A DNA stretch of 61,064 nucleotides from an uncultured Pseudobdellovibrionaceae bacterium (GCA_964636785.1 CAZWVK010000003.1:1-61064); one strand, 5' to 3'. Shown: positions 35,448 to 45,658, counted from the stretch's first letter. Notes: generated by a model not told the origin, from the letters alone. Made by a program: numbers and translations.

Positions 35448-36221
35448 TTAAAGAACTTTGGCTTCGTTCATTAATAAATCGACCAACTTTTTGGCTTGTT
35501 CAGCAGGCGTTCCATCAATCATTTTAACGGGTGGCTTTTCAGGTGGAAGTGAGAAGTTTTTCATTCGCACTTTTGGCGTCAATTCACCAAGCCCAAGATC
35601 AGCCGCCGTGAGCTCCTTAAGAGGTTTCTTTTTGGCCTTCATGATTCCAGGCAAGCTGGCATAACGAGGTGTGTTCAGACCTTTTGTTGCTGCGATCACG
35701 CAAGGAGTTTTAACTTTAAACACTTCCTTGGCTCCGCCTTCGATATCGCGCTCAACGGACACCTGATCATTTGAGAACTCAAATTTTGAAACGGTGGTCA
35801 CATGAGGGACTTCAAGAAAGCTTGCAAGCATCTGTCCCACACTTGAGGCATTATCATCAATAGCTAATTTGCCAGTGAAGACGATGCGCAGATCGCCCTC
35901 ACTTTTAATCGCTGTTGCAAGAAGTTTGGCGCTTTGAAAAGGCTCCAGAGCTTCTGGGCAATCAATCACAATGGCTTCATCAGCTCCCATCGCTAAAGCA
36001 GTGCGCAATGTATCGACAACTCGACCTTTGGGCCCAGCACTCACAACCACGACCGTGTCGGATGTGGTGGCTTTCAACTTCAAAGCTTCTTCGACCGCAA
36101 ATTCATCATAGGGGTTCATAACCCACTTAATTCCGGATTCTTCAATCCCGGATTTATCCGCTTTGAGCTGGATCTTTGTTTCGGTATCAGGGACTTGTTT
36201 TATACATACGAAAATTTTCAT
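35448..36221 (-). CDS. etfB: Electron transfer flavoprotein beta subunit
   Basis: Starts at MKIFVCIKQVPD with GAGG upstream. The ORF-track start at 36302 adds 27 spurious residues. Confidence 0.95.
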   Translation of the reverse strand: MKIFVCIKQVPDTETKIQLKADKSGIEESGIKWVMNPYDEFAVEEALKLKATTSDTVVVVSAGPKGRVVDTLRTALAMGADEAIVIDCPEALEPFQSAKLLATAIKSEGDLRIVFTGKLAIDDNASSVGQMLASFLEVPHVTTVSKFEFSNDQVSVERDIEGGAKEVFKVKTPCVIAATKGLNTPRYASLPGIMKAKKKPLKELTAADLGLGELTPKVRMKNFSLPPEKPPVKMIDGTPAEQAKKLVDLLMNEAKVL

Positions 36222-36300
36222 GATGACCTCATCTAGACCTTTGGATCTTTGTGGGTTAATTAAATGAATGTCAATCGATAACACGAAGGAAGAGGCCTCC

Positions 36301-36960
36301 ATGAACTATATCAGATCGACCATAGGTCGAAAGCAGCTTGTCGGTGTTGCGGGATTACTTTTGAGTGGGTTTGTACTCACTCATATGCTGGGAAACATGC
36401 TTATTTTTCTGGGCCCACAGGCCTATAATGAGTACAGTCATGCATTGATATCAAATCCTCTCATTTACGCTGCAGAAGCGGGACTCGTTTTATTTTTCCT
36501 TGTTCATATTATCCTGAGTTTGAAACTTCAGCTTCGAAATTGGGGCTCTCGAGAGAGTCGCTATGCCGTCCAATCCAACGGTCAGAAGCGAACCTCACCA
36601 ATCACGCGCACATTGTGGGCTCAGGGGATCATCATTTTGGTCTTCGTCGTACTGCATTTGATCACCTTCAAGTTTGGTACCGTTTATCTGGTGAATTATG
36701 GTGAAGGAGAAGTGCGAGATCTTCACCGATTGGTTGTCGAAGTGTTTCAGAGTCCTGGCTATGTGATCTGGTATGCGCTTGCTTTAGTGATACTTTGCTA
36801 TCATCTCTCGCATGGTGTTTCATCATCCTTTCAGACACTTGGATTTAATCATCCAAAATATGGACCGAAGATCAAAAAAATCGGAATTGCATTCGCACTT
36901 CTTGTCTGTCTCGGATTTTTATCTCAACCTGTTTATGTCTACTTATTTCTAAGGGGTTAG
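36301..36960 (+). CDS. sdhC: Succinate dehydrogenase cytochrome b subunit (single large b558-type anchor)
   Basis: About 219 aa with about 5 TM helices and conserved His residues, in sdhCAB order. The ATG at 36301 is preceded by GGAAGAGG. Confidence 0.85.
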   Translation: MNYIRSTIGRKQLVGVAGLLLSGFVLTHMLGNMLIFLGPQAYNEYSHALISNPLIYAAEAGLVLFFLVHIILSLKLQLRNWGSRESRYAVQSNGQKRTSPITRTLWAQGIIILVFVVLHLITFKFGTVYLVNYGEGEVRDLHRLVVEVFQSPGYVIWYALALVILCYHLSHGVSSSFQTLGFNHPKYGPKIKKIGIAFALLVCLGFLSQPVYVYLFLRG

Positions 36961-36963
36961 GTT

Positions 36964-38895
36964 ATGGCCACTCACGAACGACTGAAATCAAATGCACCTA
37001 GCGGACCAATAGAGAATCGTTGGGATAAACATCGATTTGATATGAAGCTGGTTAATCCGGCGAACAAAAGAAAGCACACGGTTATTGTTGTTGGAACCGG
37101 ACTTGCCGGTGCAAGTGCGGCCGCGAGCCTTGCAGAGCTTGGTTATAAAGTTAAAACATTTTGTATCAACGACTCGCCAAGAAGAGCGCACTCGATCGCT
37201 GCACAAGGCGGAATCAACGCGGCTAAGAACTATCAGAATGATGGAGATTCCGTATACAGACTTTTCTACGACACTGTTAAAGGTGGAGATTTTAGAGCGC
37301 GTGAATCCAATGTTTATCGTTTGGCAGAGATCTCTCCCGCAATTATAGACCATTGCGTGGCATTGGGTGTTCCGTTTGCGCGGGAATACGGCGGCCTTTT
37401 GGATAATCGATCATTCGGTGGCGCCCAAGTATCACGAACCTTCTATGCAAGAGGACAAACGGGACAGCAGCTTTTAGTCGGAGCTTATTCAGCAATGATG
37501 AGGCAGGTCGGATTAAAACAGGTTCAGCTTTATCCTAGAAGAGAGATGCTCGATCTTGTTTTGGTCAACGGAAAAGCACGCGGAATAACAGTGAGAAACC
37601 TTATCACTGGAGAGATTGAATCTCATGCTGGAGATGCCGTGCTGCTTTGCACAGGTGGCTACGGAAATGTTTACTATCTTTCAACAAATGCAATGACTTC
37701 CAATGCGACGGCATCTTGGCGTTGTCATAAAAAGGGAGCCTTCTTTGCAAACCCATGCTTCACACAGATTCATCCCACCTGCATTCCACGTTCAGGAAGC
37801 TATCAATCCAAACTGACATTGATGTCAGAGAGCTTAAGAAATGATGGGCGCGTATGGGTTCCGAAAAATAAAGGAGATAGAAGACCTCCTAATGAAATTC
37901 CCGAGTCCGAAAGAGATTATTACCTAGAGCGAATTTATCCAAGTTTTGGAAACTTAGTTCCTCGGGATGTGGCTTCAAGACAAGCGAAATTCAGAGTGGA
38001 TGAGCAGCGTGGTGTGGGCCCGACTGGGGAAGCTGTGTACTTGGATTTTTCTGATGCAATCAAGCGGCTAGGCGAGGATAAAGTATCTGAAAAATACGGA
38101 AACCTCTTTCAAATGTATGAAAAGATAACAGGTGAAAATCCCTATCGGGTACCGATGAGAATTTATCCTGCAGTCCATTACACGATGGGTGGACTATGGG
38201 TTGATTACAATTTGCAAAGCACCATCCCAGGCTTACATGTTTTGGGAGAGGCCAACTTTTCAGATCACGGTGCGAATCGGCTCGGAGCATCTGCATTGAT
38301 GCAAGGTCTTGCTGACGGTTATTTTGTGATTCCAGCGACACTTGGAAATTACATCGGATCGACTTCACTTGAGCCGGTCACTGAGTCACACGAAGCTTTC
38401 AAAGCCAGTCGTGAGGAAGTCAGTGCGCGTCTTTCAAAGATGCTGTCTGTTCAAGGATCAAGATCCGTGGATGATTTCCACAAAGAGCTTGGTGCGATTA
38501 TGTGGGATAACGTGGGGATGTCTCGCAATGCCCAAGGACTTCAAGAAGCGATTACCAAAATCCAAGCGTTGAGAAATGAATTCTGGCAGGATGTTCGAAT
38601 TCCTGGTGAGCAGAATTATAAAAACTCAGAACTCGAAAAAGCAGGTCGTGTGGCTGACTTTCTTGAGCTTGGTGAGTTGATGGCGAAGGATGCGCTTGAG
38701 AGAAATGAGTCTTGTGGCGGACACTTTAGAGAAGAATATCAGACGCCAGAGAATGAAGCTTTAAGGCGCGATGATGAGTTTGCTCATGTTGCAGCCTGGG
38801 AATTCTCTGGTGCAGAAATGAGTCCGAACTGGTCGCGACATAAAGAAGAACTTGAATTTGAATATGTGAAACTCACTCAAAGAAGTTACAAATAA
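36964..38895 (+). CDS. sdhA: Succinate dehydrogenase flavoprotein subunit
   Basis: 643 aa. FAD motif [12 protein letters not shown] and HYTMGGL are present. Confidence 0.97.
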   Translation: MATHERLKSNAPSGPIENRWDKHRFDMKLVNPANKRKHTVIVVGTGLAGASAAASLAELGYKVKTFCINDSPRRAHSIAAQGGINAAKNYQNDGDSVYRLFYDTVKGGDFRARESNVYRLAEISPAIIDHCVALGVPFAREYGGLLDNRSFGGAQVSRTFYARGQTGQQLLVGAYSAMMRQVGLKQVQLYPRREMLDLVLVNGKARGITVRNLITGEIESHAGDAVLLCTGGYGNVYYLSTNAMTSNATASWRCHKKGAFFANPCFTQIHPTCIPRSGSYQSKLTLMSESLRNDGRVWVPKNKGDRRPPNEIPESERDYYLERIYPSFGNLVPRDVASRQAKFRVDEQRGVGPTGEAVYLDFSDAIKRLGEDKVSEKYGNLFQMYEKITGENPYRVPMRIYPAVHYTMGGLWVDYNLQSTIPGLHVLGEANFSDHGANRLGASALMQGLADGYFVIPATLGNYIGSTSLEPVTESHEAFKASREEVSARLSKMLSVQGSRSVDDFHKELGAIMWDNVGMSRNAQGLQEAITKIQALRNEFWQDVRIPGEQNYKNSELEKAGRVADFLELGELMAKDALERNESCGGHFREEYQTPENEALRRDDEFAHVAAWEFSGAEMSPNWSRHKEELEFEYVKLTQRSYK

Positions 38896-38905
38896 GGACT
38901 GTGGC

Positions 38906-39655
38906 ATGAACTTAAATTTAAAAATCTGGCGACAAAAGGGACCTAATGACAAAGGTCATCTTATGGATTTCAAGGCGACCGGCATATCTGAAGACATGTC
39001 CTTTCTGGAAATGATGGATGTTGTAAACGAGCAATTGATAAAGGATGGCAAAGATCCGGTGGAGTTTGATCATGATTGTCGTGAAGGAATCTGTGGGTCT
39101 TGCTCAATGGTGATTAACGGCAATCCTCATGGTCCAGATCGCGCAACCGCCACATGTCAGCTTCACATGCGAAGATTTAAAGACGGCGATACGATTGTCG
39201 TTGAACCATTTCGCGCAAAAGCTTTCCCAGTGATTCGCGACCTCGCAGTGGATCGATCCGCGTTCGATCGAATCATAGAGGCCGGCGGGTTTATTTCTGC
39301 AAACACTGGAAGTGCTCAAGATGCCAATTCGATATTGGTTTCAAAAGAATATGCGGACCGATCTTTTTCTGCCGCCACATGTATTTCATGTGGTGCATGC
39401 GTGGCGGCCTGTAAAAATGCTTCAGCCTCGCTCTTTGTCGCGGCAAAAATTGCCCATCTGGGTCTTCTTCCGCAAGGTCAGCCCGAGCGAAATGAGCGAG
39501 CATTGAAAATGGTTGCTGCCATGGATGCTGAAGGATTCGGAGCCTGTACAAACACAGGAGCTTGCTCGGCGGCATGTCCAAAAGAAATTGGTCAGGAAAA
39601 TATCGCTCAGATGAATAGGGAATTCCTGAAATACTCTGCTAAAAGCCGCGTTTAA
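38906..39655 (+). CDS. sdhB: Succinate dehydrogenase iron-sulfur subunit
   Basis: 249 aa. Three Cys clusters are present: [17 protein letters not shown] and [12 protein letters not shown]. Confidence 0.97.
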   Translation: MNLNLKIWRQKGPNDKGHLMDFKATGISEDMSFLEMMDVVNEQLIKDGKDPVEFDHDCREGICGSCSMVINGNPHGPDRATATCQLHMRRFKDGDTIVVEPFRAKAFPVIRDLAVDRSAFDRIIEAGGFISANTGSAQDANSILVSKEYADRSFSAATCISCGACVAACKNASASLFVAAKIAHLGLLPQGQPERNERALKMVAAMDAEGFGACTNTGACSAACPKEIGQENIAQMNREFLKYSAKSRV

Positions 39656-39745
39656 AAGCATTTGAGAGGGGCAAACACTATATTTAGTGTCACCATACCT
39701 TGGACCCTCCCATAAATAGGAAGTTATGAACATTAAACCACAGAG

Positions 39746-39754
39746 TTATCCACA
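39746..39754 (+). promoter_or_regulatory. Isolated perfect DnaA box TTATCCACA
   Basis: Exact consensus 9-mer inside the 643-bp sdhB-protease intergenic region. Confidence 0.4.
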
Positions 39755-39936
39755 ATTCGGATAGAAAATCGTTGTTTTTCCCATCGTTCGTCTAGATTTC
39801 TCAGAGGGTTAACCGGCTCTAGGTCTAGGTAGTGTCTACCGATTGAGACCGGAAAAATTGTTTCTCAACCCGCGAGCTCATCAAAGAAAAAACAATTCTT
39901 TCCGATATGAAAGTCTAGGAAGGGATGTGCTCCGTG

Positions 39937-40167
39937 GGAAAACTCAAGTCTGCAAAAGAAATCCTGGAAGAAATCGGCTTTAAAAAAGATGCGCCGGAAT
40001 CCACTCAACTTTCATTTTATAGATTTCTAAAGAAGAATGCCTCTTCGCTTCAACAACCCACGCCAACCATTTCAAATCCACCTGAGCAACTTGAGTTTCA
40101 GCTCGAAGACTCTGCCAAAAGCCTTTGGCCGCAGGACCCCAAAAGAAAAAAGGTTTCCACACGGTGA
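39937..40167 (+). CDS. Hypothetical small protein (about 76 aa)
   Basis: The ORF spans 39925-40167. The GTG at 39937 lies 9 nt after AGGAAGGG. I recognise no homology, and coding status is uncertain. Confidence 0.3.
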   Translation, partial: GKLKSAKEILEEIGFKKDAPESTQLSFYRFLKKNASSLQQPTPTISNPPEQLEFQLEDSAKSLWPQDPKRKKVSTR

Positions 40168-40298
40168 TATAGGCCGGTACCATTTTGGAACTGGTCGAGC
40201 TGGCTTTTTGCTGAATTATTCAGCCGTGCATCTTTAGGACGAAGATAGGGTTCAGCTTAAAACTCAAATCATTCAGCTCAAGAACGAGCGGAGGATAT

Positions 40299-41948
40299 AT
40301 GTTTCAAGGAAGAACCATTCTTACGTGGGTTTTAACAGCCTTCGTGGGAGTCGCAGCGTACGCAACCCAACAAACTGAATTTCCGGCCGTGCCTGGAGAA
40401 TTTATTGTCAAATTAAAGGACCCAAGCATCCTAGAGACGAAAGGAAGTCTGGGGGCGTTTAATTCATCCAATGTAAGGATCGTTACAAAAGCATCCGGTA
40501 CGATTGTAGTGACGCGCCCAATTGGCGAGTTGAGTTCTCAATCGATCGATATTTTATCTCAACATCCTATGGTTGAGTATGTTGAACCAAACTATATATA
40601 CACAATAGTCGGCGGAAGTTCTGAGCTTCCAAATGATCCAAAGCTTGGCGATCTATGGGGTCTAGTTAACGTGGGTCAAAAATCCACTGGAGATGCTGGG
40701 ACGATCTCGGGACTTCCTGGATTTGATATCAATGCCAAAAAGGCTTGGGAAATTCAGACAGGATCTAAAGATGTAAAAATCGCTGTGATCGACACAGGCG
40801 TAGATTACACGCTCGCAGATCTTGCTCCAAATATGTGGGTCAATGAAGCGGAATTAAATGGTGAGCCCGGCGTTGATGATGATGGCAACGGCTGTATTGA
40901 TGACATTCATGGATGTGACTTCGCAAATAACGATGGTGATCCAATGGATGATCATGGACACGGATCACATGTCTCTGGGACGATCGCAGCCAAAGGAAAC
41001 AATGGCACGGATATCGTTGGAGTTGCGTGGGATGCAACCATTGTTGGCGTTAAGTTTTTAACTCGAAGTGGCGGTGGTACACTAGAGAACGCGATCAAGT
41101 CGATCGATTATGCAACCGCAGTTGGCGTTGATATTATGAACAATTCTTGGGGCGGCGGCGGATTCAGCCAAGCTCTTTTGGAATCCATTCAGCGATCAAG
41201 AGATGCAGGAGTTCTTTTTGTAGCTGCTGCTGGAAATTCTCGCCAAGATATGGATAAGCGACCTTCTTACCCAGCAAGCTATGATGTTGAAAACGTGGTT
41301 TCTGTTGCATCGGTTGATGCCGCTGGAAATCTATCCAGTTTTTCAAACTACGGGAAATCCGTTCACATCGCAGCGCCAGGATCTAATATCCTGAGCACGA
41401 CACCACAAGGATTGAAGAGCTGGTCGGGAACTTCTATGGCATGTCCTCATGTGGTGGGAGTTGCAGCACTTCTTCTTTCTCAAAATCAAAACCAAACTTA
41501 TATGGATGTTAAAGAAAGACTGATCTCTTCTGCTCGTCCAACAGCTTCCATTCGCGGCAAAGTCGGCTCTGGAATGCTTGATGCGTATTATGCATTGAGT
41601 GGTGAAACTCCTCCAGCAGACCCGAATGACCCATCCGGCTGGGATCAGGTGGCCATCGAAATTGAAACCGCACATCCGTATGAAAACAACTTCACTCAAA
41701 GCTGGGAGATTGAAGTTCCTGGAGCTTCCAAAATGGCCGTTTTGTTCTCAAAGTTTGATACGGAAAGAAACTATGACACCGTTTCATTCTATGATCGTGA
41801 CGGAAACCTTCTTGGTCGCATTTCAGGACCAATGGGTGATGACTCATTCTCTCCGGTCTTTTCATCTGATTATGTTCGAATGGAATTTAAAACAGACCGA
41901 TCTGGTCAGCGCTTTGGCTTCATCGCAACAGCTGTTGCATATCAGTAA
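40299..41948 (+). CDS. Secreted subtilisin-family (S8) serine protease with a C-terminal CUB-like domain
   Basis: 549 aa. Signal peptide and I9-like propeptide, with catalytic triad contexts DTGVD, HGSHVSGT and GTSMACPHV. The C-terminal 102 aa are CUB-like. Confidence 0.92.
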   Translation: MFQGRTILTWVLTAFVGVAAYATQQTEFPAVPGEFIVKLKDPSILETKGSLGAFNSSNVRIVTKASGTIVVTRPIGELSSQSIDILSQHPMVEYVEPNYIYTIVGGSSELPNDPKLGDLWGLVNVGQKSTGDAGTISGLPGFDINAKKAWEIQTGSKDVKIAVIDTGVDYTLADLAPNMWVNEAELNGEPGVDDDGNGCIDDIHGCDFANNDGDPMDDHGHGSHVSGTIAAKGNNGTDIVGVAWDATIVGVKFLTRSGGGTLENAIKSIDYATAVGVDIMNNSWGGGGFSQALLESIQRSRDAGVLFVAAAGNSRQDMDKRPSYPASYDVENVVSVASVDAAGNLSSFSNYGKSVHIAAPGSNILSTTPQGLKSWSGTSMACPHVVGVAALLLSQNQNQTYMDVKERLISSARPTASIRGKVGSGMLDAYYALSGETPPADPNDPSGWDQVAIEIETAHPYENNFTQSWEIEVPGASKMAVLFSKFDTERNYDTVSFYDRDGNLLGRISGPMGDDSFSPVFSSDYVRMEFKTDRSGQRFGFIATAVAYQ

Positions 41949-41959
41949 CCGCTAAATTT

Positions 41960-42862
41960 TTATGAGCCTTCCTTTTCGGGAAGGCTCTTTTTTCGTGGCA
42001 ACGAATAGAACTGATCCATCTTTAAATTCACAAGTTCCGGCATGTCCAGCTGACTGCAGTGAGACCCAAAAGGGACAATCAAATACGAACTATTTTTAAT
42101 AAGCTGATGAATCCGTTCCTGATGTTTTAGCGGAGTTACAGAGTCGTTTTTGCCGGCAACAATCAAAGTCGGAGCTTTGATGCGCTCCAAAACCGGATGG
42201 CCATCATAATTGAGCATCGATTCAAAGATTTTAATAAAGGCTGGTAAATCCAGCGCAGCAACTCCACGCGCATAGATTTCAATATCTTTCAGCGAGGTGA
42301 GCTTTAAGTTAAATCCTCCGGCAAGTGCACTCAACTGAATAGCCAAGGGATTCTCGAGCGCAATTTTCCAAAGCTGAGTCAGTGTTTCTGGAAGCAAACC
42401 ATAGCCGCTCTTAAACATATGGAAAAAACTCAACGCTAGATCATTTCCAAACATTCCCGCCAGTGGATTCTGTACAAATCCATTTATAAAAACCAAATCC
42501 TTAAACAACTCAGGAAACATGTCGTAAGTTCGAACCAAAAGTTGCACACCAAAACTATGCCCAACAAAGTGCGCATCTTTAATGTCGAGCTCTTCACATA
42601 AAGCCTTAATATCCCAAGCCATGGAATCAATGTCCAAATGATCCAAAGATTCAGGAACATCTGAAAAGTGGTGGGCGCGGTAATCAAACGTAATCACCTG
42701 AAATTTATGTGAGAAGTGCTTCACCTGAAGATGCCAGTGATTCATAAGGCATCCGATTCCATAGCAAAAAATCATTGGTGGGCCAGAGCCGCGAACCTCA
42801 TAGTAAATGCGGGTACCATCGAAGCTTTTAAAGTATCCGGTTCGCTTTTCTGTGAAATTCAT
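41960..42862 (-). CDS. Alpha/beta-fold hydrolase
   Basis: 300 aa. The nucleophile elbow GHSFG is present, with C-terminal His context (GSHC). Confidence 0.85.
   Translation of the reverse strand: MNFTEKRTGYFKSFDGTRIYYEVRGSGPPMIFCYGIGCLMNHWHLQVKHFSHKFQVITFDYRAHHFSDVPESLDHLDIDSMAWDIKALCEELDIKDAHFVGHSFGVQLLVRTYDMFPELFKDLVFINGFVQNPLAGMFGNDLALSFFHMFKSGYGLLPETLTQLWKIALENPLAIQLSALAGGFNLKLTSLKDIEIYARGVAALDLPAFIKIFESMLNYDGHPVLERIKAPTLIVAGKNDSVTPLKHQERIHQLIKNSSYLIVPFGSHCSQLDMPELVNLKMDQFYSLPRKKSLPEKEGS
41964..41993. terminator. Intrinsic terminator for the protease gene, embedded in the 3' end of the convergent hydrolase CDS
   Basis: 9-bp stem GAGCCTTCC/GGAAGGCTC with loop TTTTCG, followed by TTTTTT. 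An A/T-rich run lies on the other side. Confidence 0.75.
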
Positions 42863-43557
42863 TCGATAAAATCCACTTCCATCTCAGTTCCAAAAATTTG
42901 AATTCGATCACCCACTCTAAGTATTTCGGTTGAAACGCTCTTTCCGTTGAGTCGTACTTCCTTTCCTAAAGCTTTAAAACCAATTCCCTCTTCAGATGGA
43001 AATACTTCAAAACAAAAGTCGGACGCTTTTTCTTCAAAAACCGGAAGGTCGATCGAGGAACGTCCAATTCTTCTTGGTCCGTACCCAAGCACCCAGCGGG
43101 TCTCAGCTTGTGGGCCCTTAAGGAAATCCAACACCAAAGCGGGCCTCATTGGCTCTAGAGTTTTTGGGTTGTTTTCAACTCGGAAGGTGGTTTTTCGTAG
43201 GAATGAGGTCAAAACCTCATTCCACTTTCGCTTGGGCTTTTTTTCTGGCTTTTTCTTCTGAGCCGGGTTGAGCTCGAACACCGCCAATCGAAAGGGGCCA
43301 ATCTCGAATTCAGTTCCCGGATTAAGAACAATTGACTCTACGCGCTCGCCATCGTTTAAAATCCCATTTTTAGAGCCCAGATCCTGGACCTCAAAAGTCC
43401 CATCCTCATTCTGGACGATTTTAGCGTGTTCTGAAGAAATTTTTGCATCATTGAGGCGGATTCCAGCCGCTCTTCTTCCAATGAGCAGCCCGTCAGAAAG
43501 TTCATAGCTTTCTCCTTGAGAGGGTCCGGATTTTACGACAATATAAATGGCCATCAT
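42859..43557 (-). CDS. FHA-domain protein (N-terminal FHA plus a second FHA-like C-terminal domain)
   Basis: 232 aa. GR....I.L.D..IS..HA.I...... followed by D.GS.NG pattern, a Lys-rich linker, and a second degenerate FHA-like module. The stop overlaps the hydrolase start by 4 nt. Confidence 0.8.
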   Translation of the reverse strand: MMAIYIVVKSGPSQGESYELSDGLLIGRRAAGIRLNDAKISSEHAKIVQNEDGTFEVQDLGSKNGILNDGERVESIVLNPGTEFEIGPFRLAVFELNPAQKKKPEKKPKRKWNEVLTSFLRKTTFRVENNPKTLEPMRPALVLDFLKGPQAETRWVLGYGPRRIGRSSIDLPVFEEKASDFCFEVFPSEEGIGFKALGKEVRLNGKSVSTEILRVGDRIQIFGTEMEVDFIE

Positions 43558-43663
43558 TGGTAGTTTAAGCCTTGTGCGATCAAACCAGCCATGTTAGATG
43601 CATAGCGTTCGTAGAATAACCTTGCTCCCATCCATTGTGGGGGCTTTAACCGAAAGGAATACC

Positions 43664-44107
43664 ATGGCCCAAGCGACTCAGCCGAATCGCAAGTATGAAG
43701 CTGTTATTATTATGCACCCGGATTGTTCTGAAGCAGAACAAAAGGCGCTTTTTCAAAAGAATAAAGACATCTTGAAGTCTTTCAATGGTGAGATCAATCA
43801 CCTCGATACTTGGGGACGAAGAAAACTCGCGAACCCCATCAATAAACTCACTCGTGGAATCTATTTTCACGCAACTTTTGAGTCTCAAGGCGAAGCCATT
43901 GCAGAGCTTGAGAGAACAATGAGAATCAATGATCGTGTTCTTCGTTTTCAGCACACCCGTCTCGATGATCGTGTGAGCTTGGCGAAGTATCTAGAAAAAT
44001 TCAAAGACTCGTTGGCTGAAACTTCAAGACGCGAAAGAGAGCGTGAAGCTAAAGCTCAAGCACGTAAAGCTGCGATGGGGGCACGTAGACCTCCTCGAGA
44101 ACAATAG
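43664..44107 (+). CDS. rpsF: 30S ribosomal protein S6
   Basis: Starts at MAQATQPNRKYEAVIIMHPD. S6 core with a basic/acidic C-terminal tail. The ORF-track start at 43598 is upstream of the likely RBS. Confidence 0.93.
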   Translation: MAQATQPNRKYEAVIIMHPDCSEAEQKALFQKNKDILKSFNGEINHLDTWGRRKLANPINKLTRGIYFHATFESQGEAIAELERTMRINDRVLRFQHTRLDDRVSLAKYLEKFKDSLAETSRREREREAKAQARKAAMGARRPPREQ

Positions 44108-44115
44108 AAGGCTCA

Positions 44116-45021
44116 ATGGCAAAAAAACGACTTGGGACTTTTTGGATGCTGTGGGCGTTTGCTTTGACAGCAGTCACCTATTTTTTAGGAGCTGGACCAT
44201 TGCGTGCGGTGCGTGCGCAACTTGGCCGTGGCTTTTATTGGGGATTCGTTTTTTTGCTAAGTGCAGTGTCTTTGGGCTTGGGATTTTCGTTAGAGGGAAA
44301 TGAATCTGCTCTGTTGATCTGGGTTGGTGCTTCTTTCCTAACGATTTCCCTCTTACTCGGATTGTTTTCAGAGTTTGAAGAATCTGGATTGAGTTTTGAT
44401 TTGAGTGCAGCCTTTTCTATCCTGGTGCTTTCTTGTTTATCAGTTGGCGCAGGTGGAATTTTATTTTGGCTACAGGGTCGAAGCTTGTTTACAAAAACAC
44501 GAATGTTTTTTGAACAGTCTTTGAAAGGTGCTCAAATTGAACTTCCTATTGATCAGATTATTTTTCAGATTCCTTCTGTGATTGTGATTTTGTGGATGCT
44601 TGCAATCTATACGGGAGTTCTTCTTGAAGGACGCATTCGCCTAGGGACTCATCGACCAAGCCTTTTAAGAGCGGAGCTTTTTCAGTTCCGTGCTCCAGGC
44701 TGGGCCGTATGGGTTTTTATTGCAAGTCTTCTGCCCGCATTCGGAGGATATGGACCGAACTGGTTACAAGTTACAGCAACGAACATTCTTAATATATCAA
44801 TTGCTGTATTCTTTTTTCAGGGGATCGGGATCATTCACCAGGTTCTCATTTTTATGAGAGTGGGTTTGTTTTGGCAGATTCTTTTGGTGGTGTTTTTAAT
44901 TCTTCAGCTCTTTTTATTTGTCAGCTGCTTAGGATTGGCTGACTACTGGTTGGATTTACGAACGAAATTAATTAAGTGGCGGCAAAATCGCCTTGAAACA
45001 TTAAAGAGGAGAGAAAAATGA
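44116..45021 (+). CDS. Polytopic membrane protein, DUF2232 (YybS-like)
   Basis: 301 aa with about 7-8 TM helices. The C-terminal GLADYWLDLR motif resembles the YybS family. The stop overlaps the rplI start (ATGA). Confidence 0.6.
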   Translation: MAKKRLGTFWMLWAFALTAVTYFLGAGPLRAVRAQLGRGFYWGFVFLLSAVSLGLGFSLEGNESALLIWVGASFLTISLLLGLFSEFEESGLSFDLSAAFSILVLSCLSVGAGGILFWLQGRSLFTKTRMFFEQSLKGAQIELPIDQIIFQIPSVIVILWMLAIYTGVLLEGRIRLGTHRPSLLRAELFQFRAPGWAVWVFIASLLPAFGGYGPNWLQVTATNILNISIAVFFFQGIGIIHQVLIFMRVGLFWQILLVVFLILQLFLFVSCLGLADYWLDLRTKLIKWRQNRLETLKRREK

Positions 45022-45467
45022 AAGTCATTCTACAAGAGGATGTAAAAAACGTAGGTAAGGTCGGACAGCTTATTGAAGTTGCGACAGGATTTGCGAGAAA
45101 TTATCTATTCCCTAAAAAATTAGCCGTTCTTGCCACAGAGAAAAAAGTGGATGAGTGGAATCACTTGAAAAAAGTCGCAGAGGCAAAGAAGAAAAAAGCA
45201 GTTGCTGCACGTCAAGAGACTGTAAGCAAATTGAAAGATGTTACGATTAAGTTTGAAATGGAAACTTCAGGAGAATCAGAAAAGATTTTCGGTTCCATCA
45301 CCAATATGGACATCTCTGACAAACTCGAAGAGCAAGGTTATTCCATCGATAAGAGAGATATTTATCTTGAAGAGCCGATTCGTACTCTTGGGCAGCACAA
45401 AGCGTTGATTAAGCTTGGAGAAGGACTCGAAGCTGAAATCACTGTTGCTGTTGATAAAAAGTCTTAA
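45018..45467 (+). CDS. rplI: 50S ribosomal protein L9
   Basis: 149 aa. The N-terminus MKVILQEDVKNVGKVGQLIEVATGFARNYLFPKKLA is canonical for L9. Confidence 0.95.
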   Translation: MKVILQEDVKNVGKVGQLIEVATGFARNYLFPKKLAVLATEKKVDEWNHLKKVAEAKKKKAVAARQETVSKLKDVTIKFEMETSGESEKIFGSITNMDISDKLEEQGYSIDKRDIYLEEPIRTLGQHKALIKLGEGLEAEITVAVDKKS

Positions 45468-45658
45468 TCCATATTTTCTTTAGCTTCGATCAGCACATCT
45501 TGCAGATAAGAAGCTAAGATTTCGCGAAGTTGCTCCAATGTCAGTGTCTCCTCGCTGGCTTTGGAGTGGCCTATCACTCTTTTAAATTCTTTCTCTAAAC
45601 TCGCACTCTCAAGACCAGTGGCATTCAGCACCGATTCGATTAAGGCTTTGCCTTCCAT
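45464..45658 (-). CDS. Hypothetical small acidic helical protein (64 aa)
   Basis: The ATG at 45658 lies 6 nt after AAGGGGA. Its stop shares a TTAA with the rplI stop. I recognise no family. Confidence 0.4.
   Translation of the reverse strand: MEGKALIESVLNATGLESASLEKEFKRVIGHSKASEETLTLEQLREILASYLQDVLIEAKENMD

Noticed and set aside
39662-39712. A GGGGCAAAC string plus a short hairpin, resembling the 5' half of a c-di-GMP-I (GEMM-I) riboswitch.
   Set aside because: The conserved ACGCAAAGC core and the second hairpin with its tetraloop receptor are absent.
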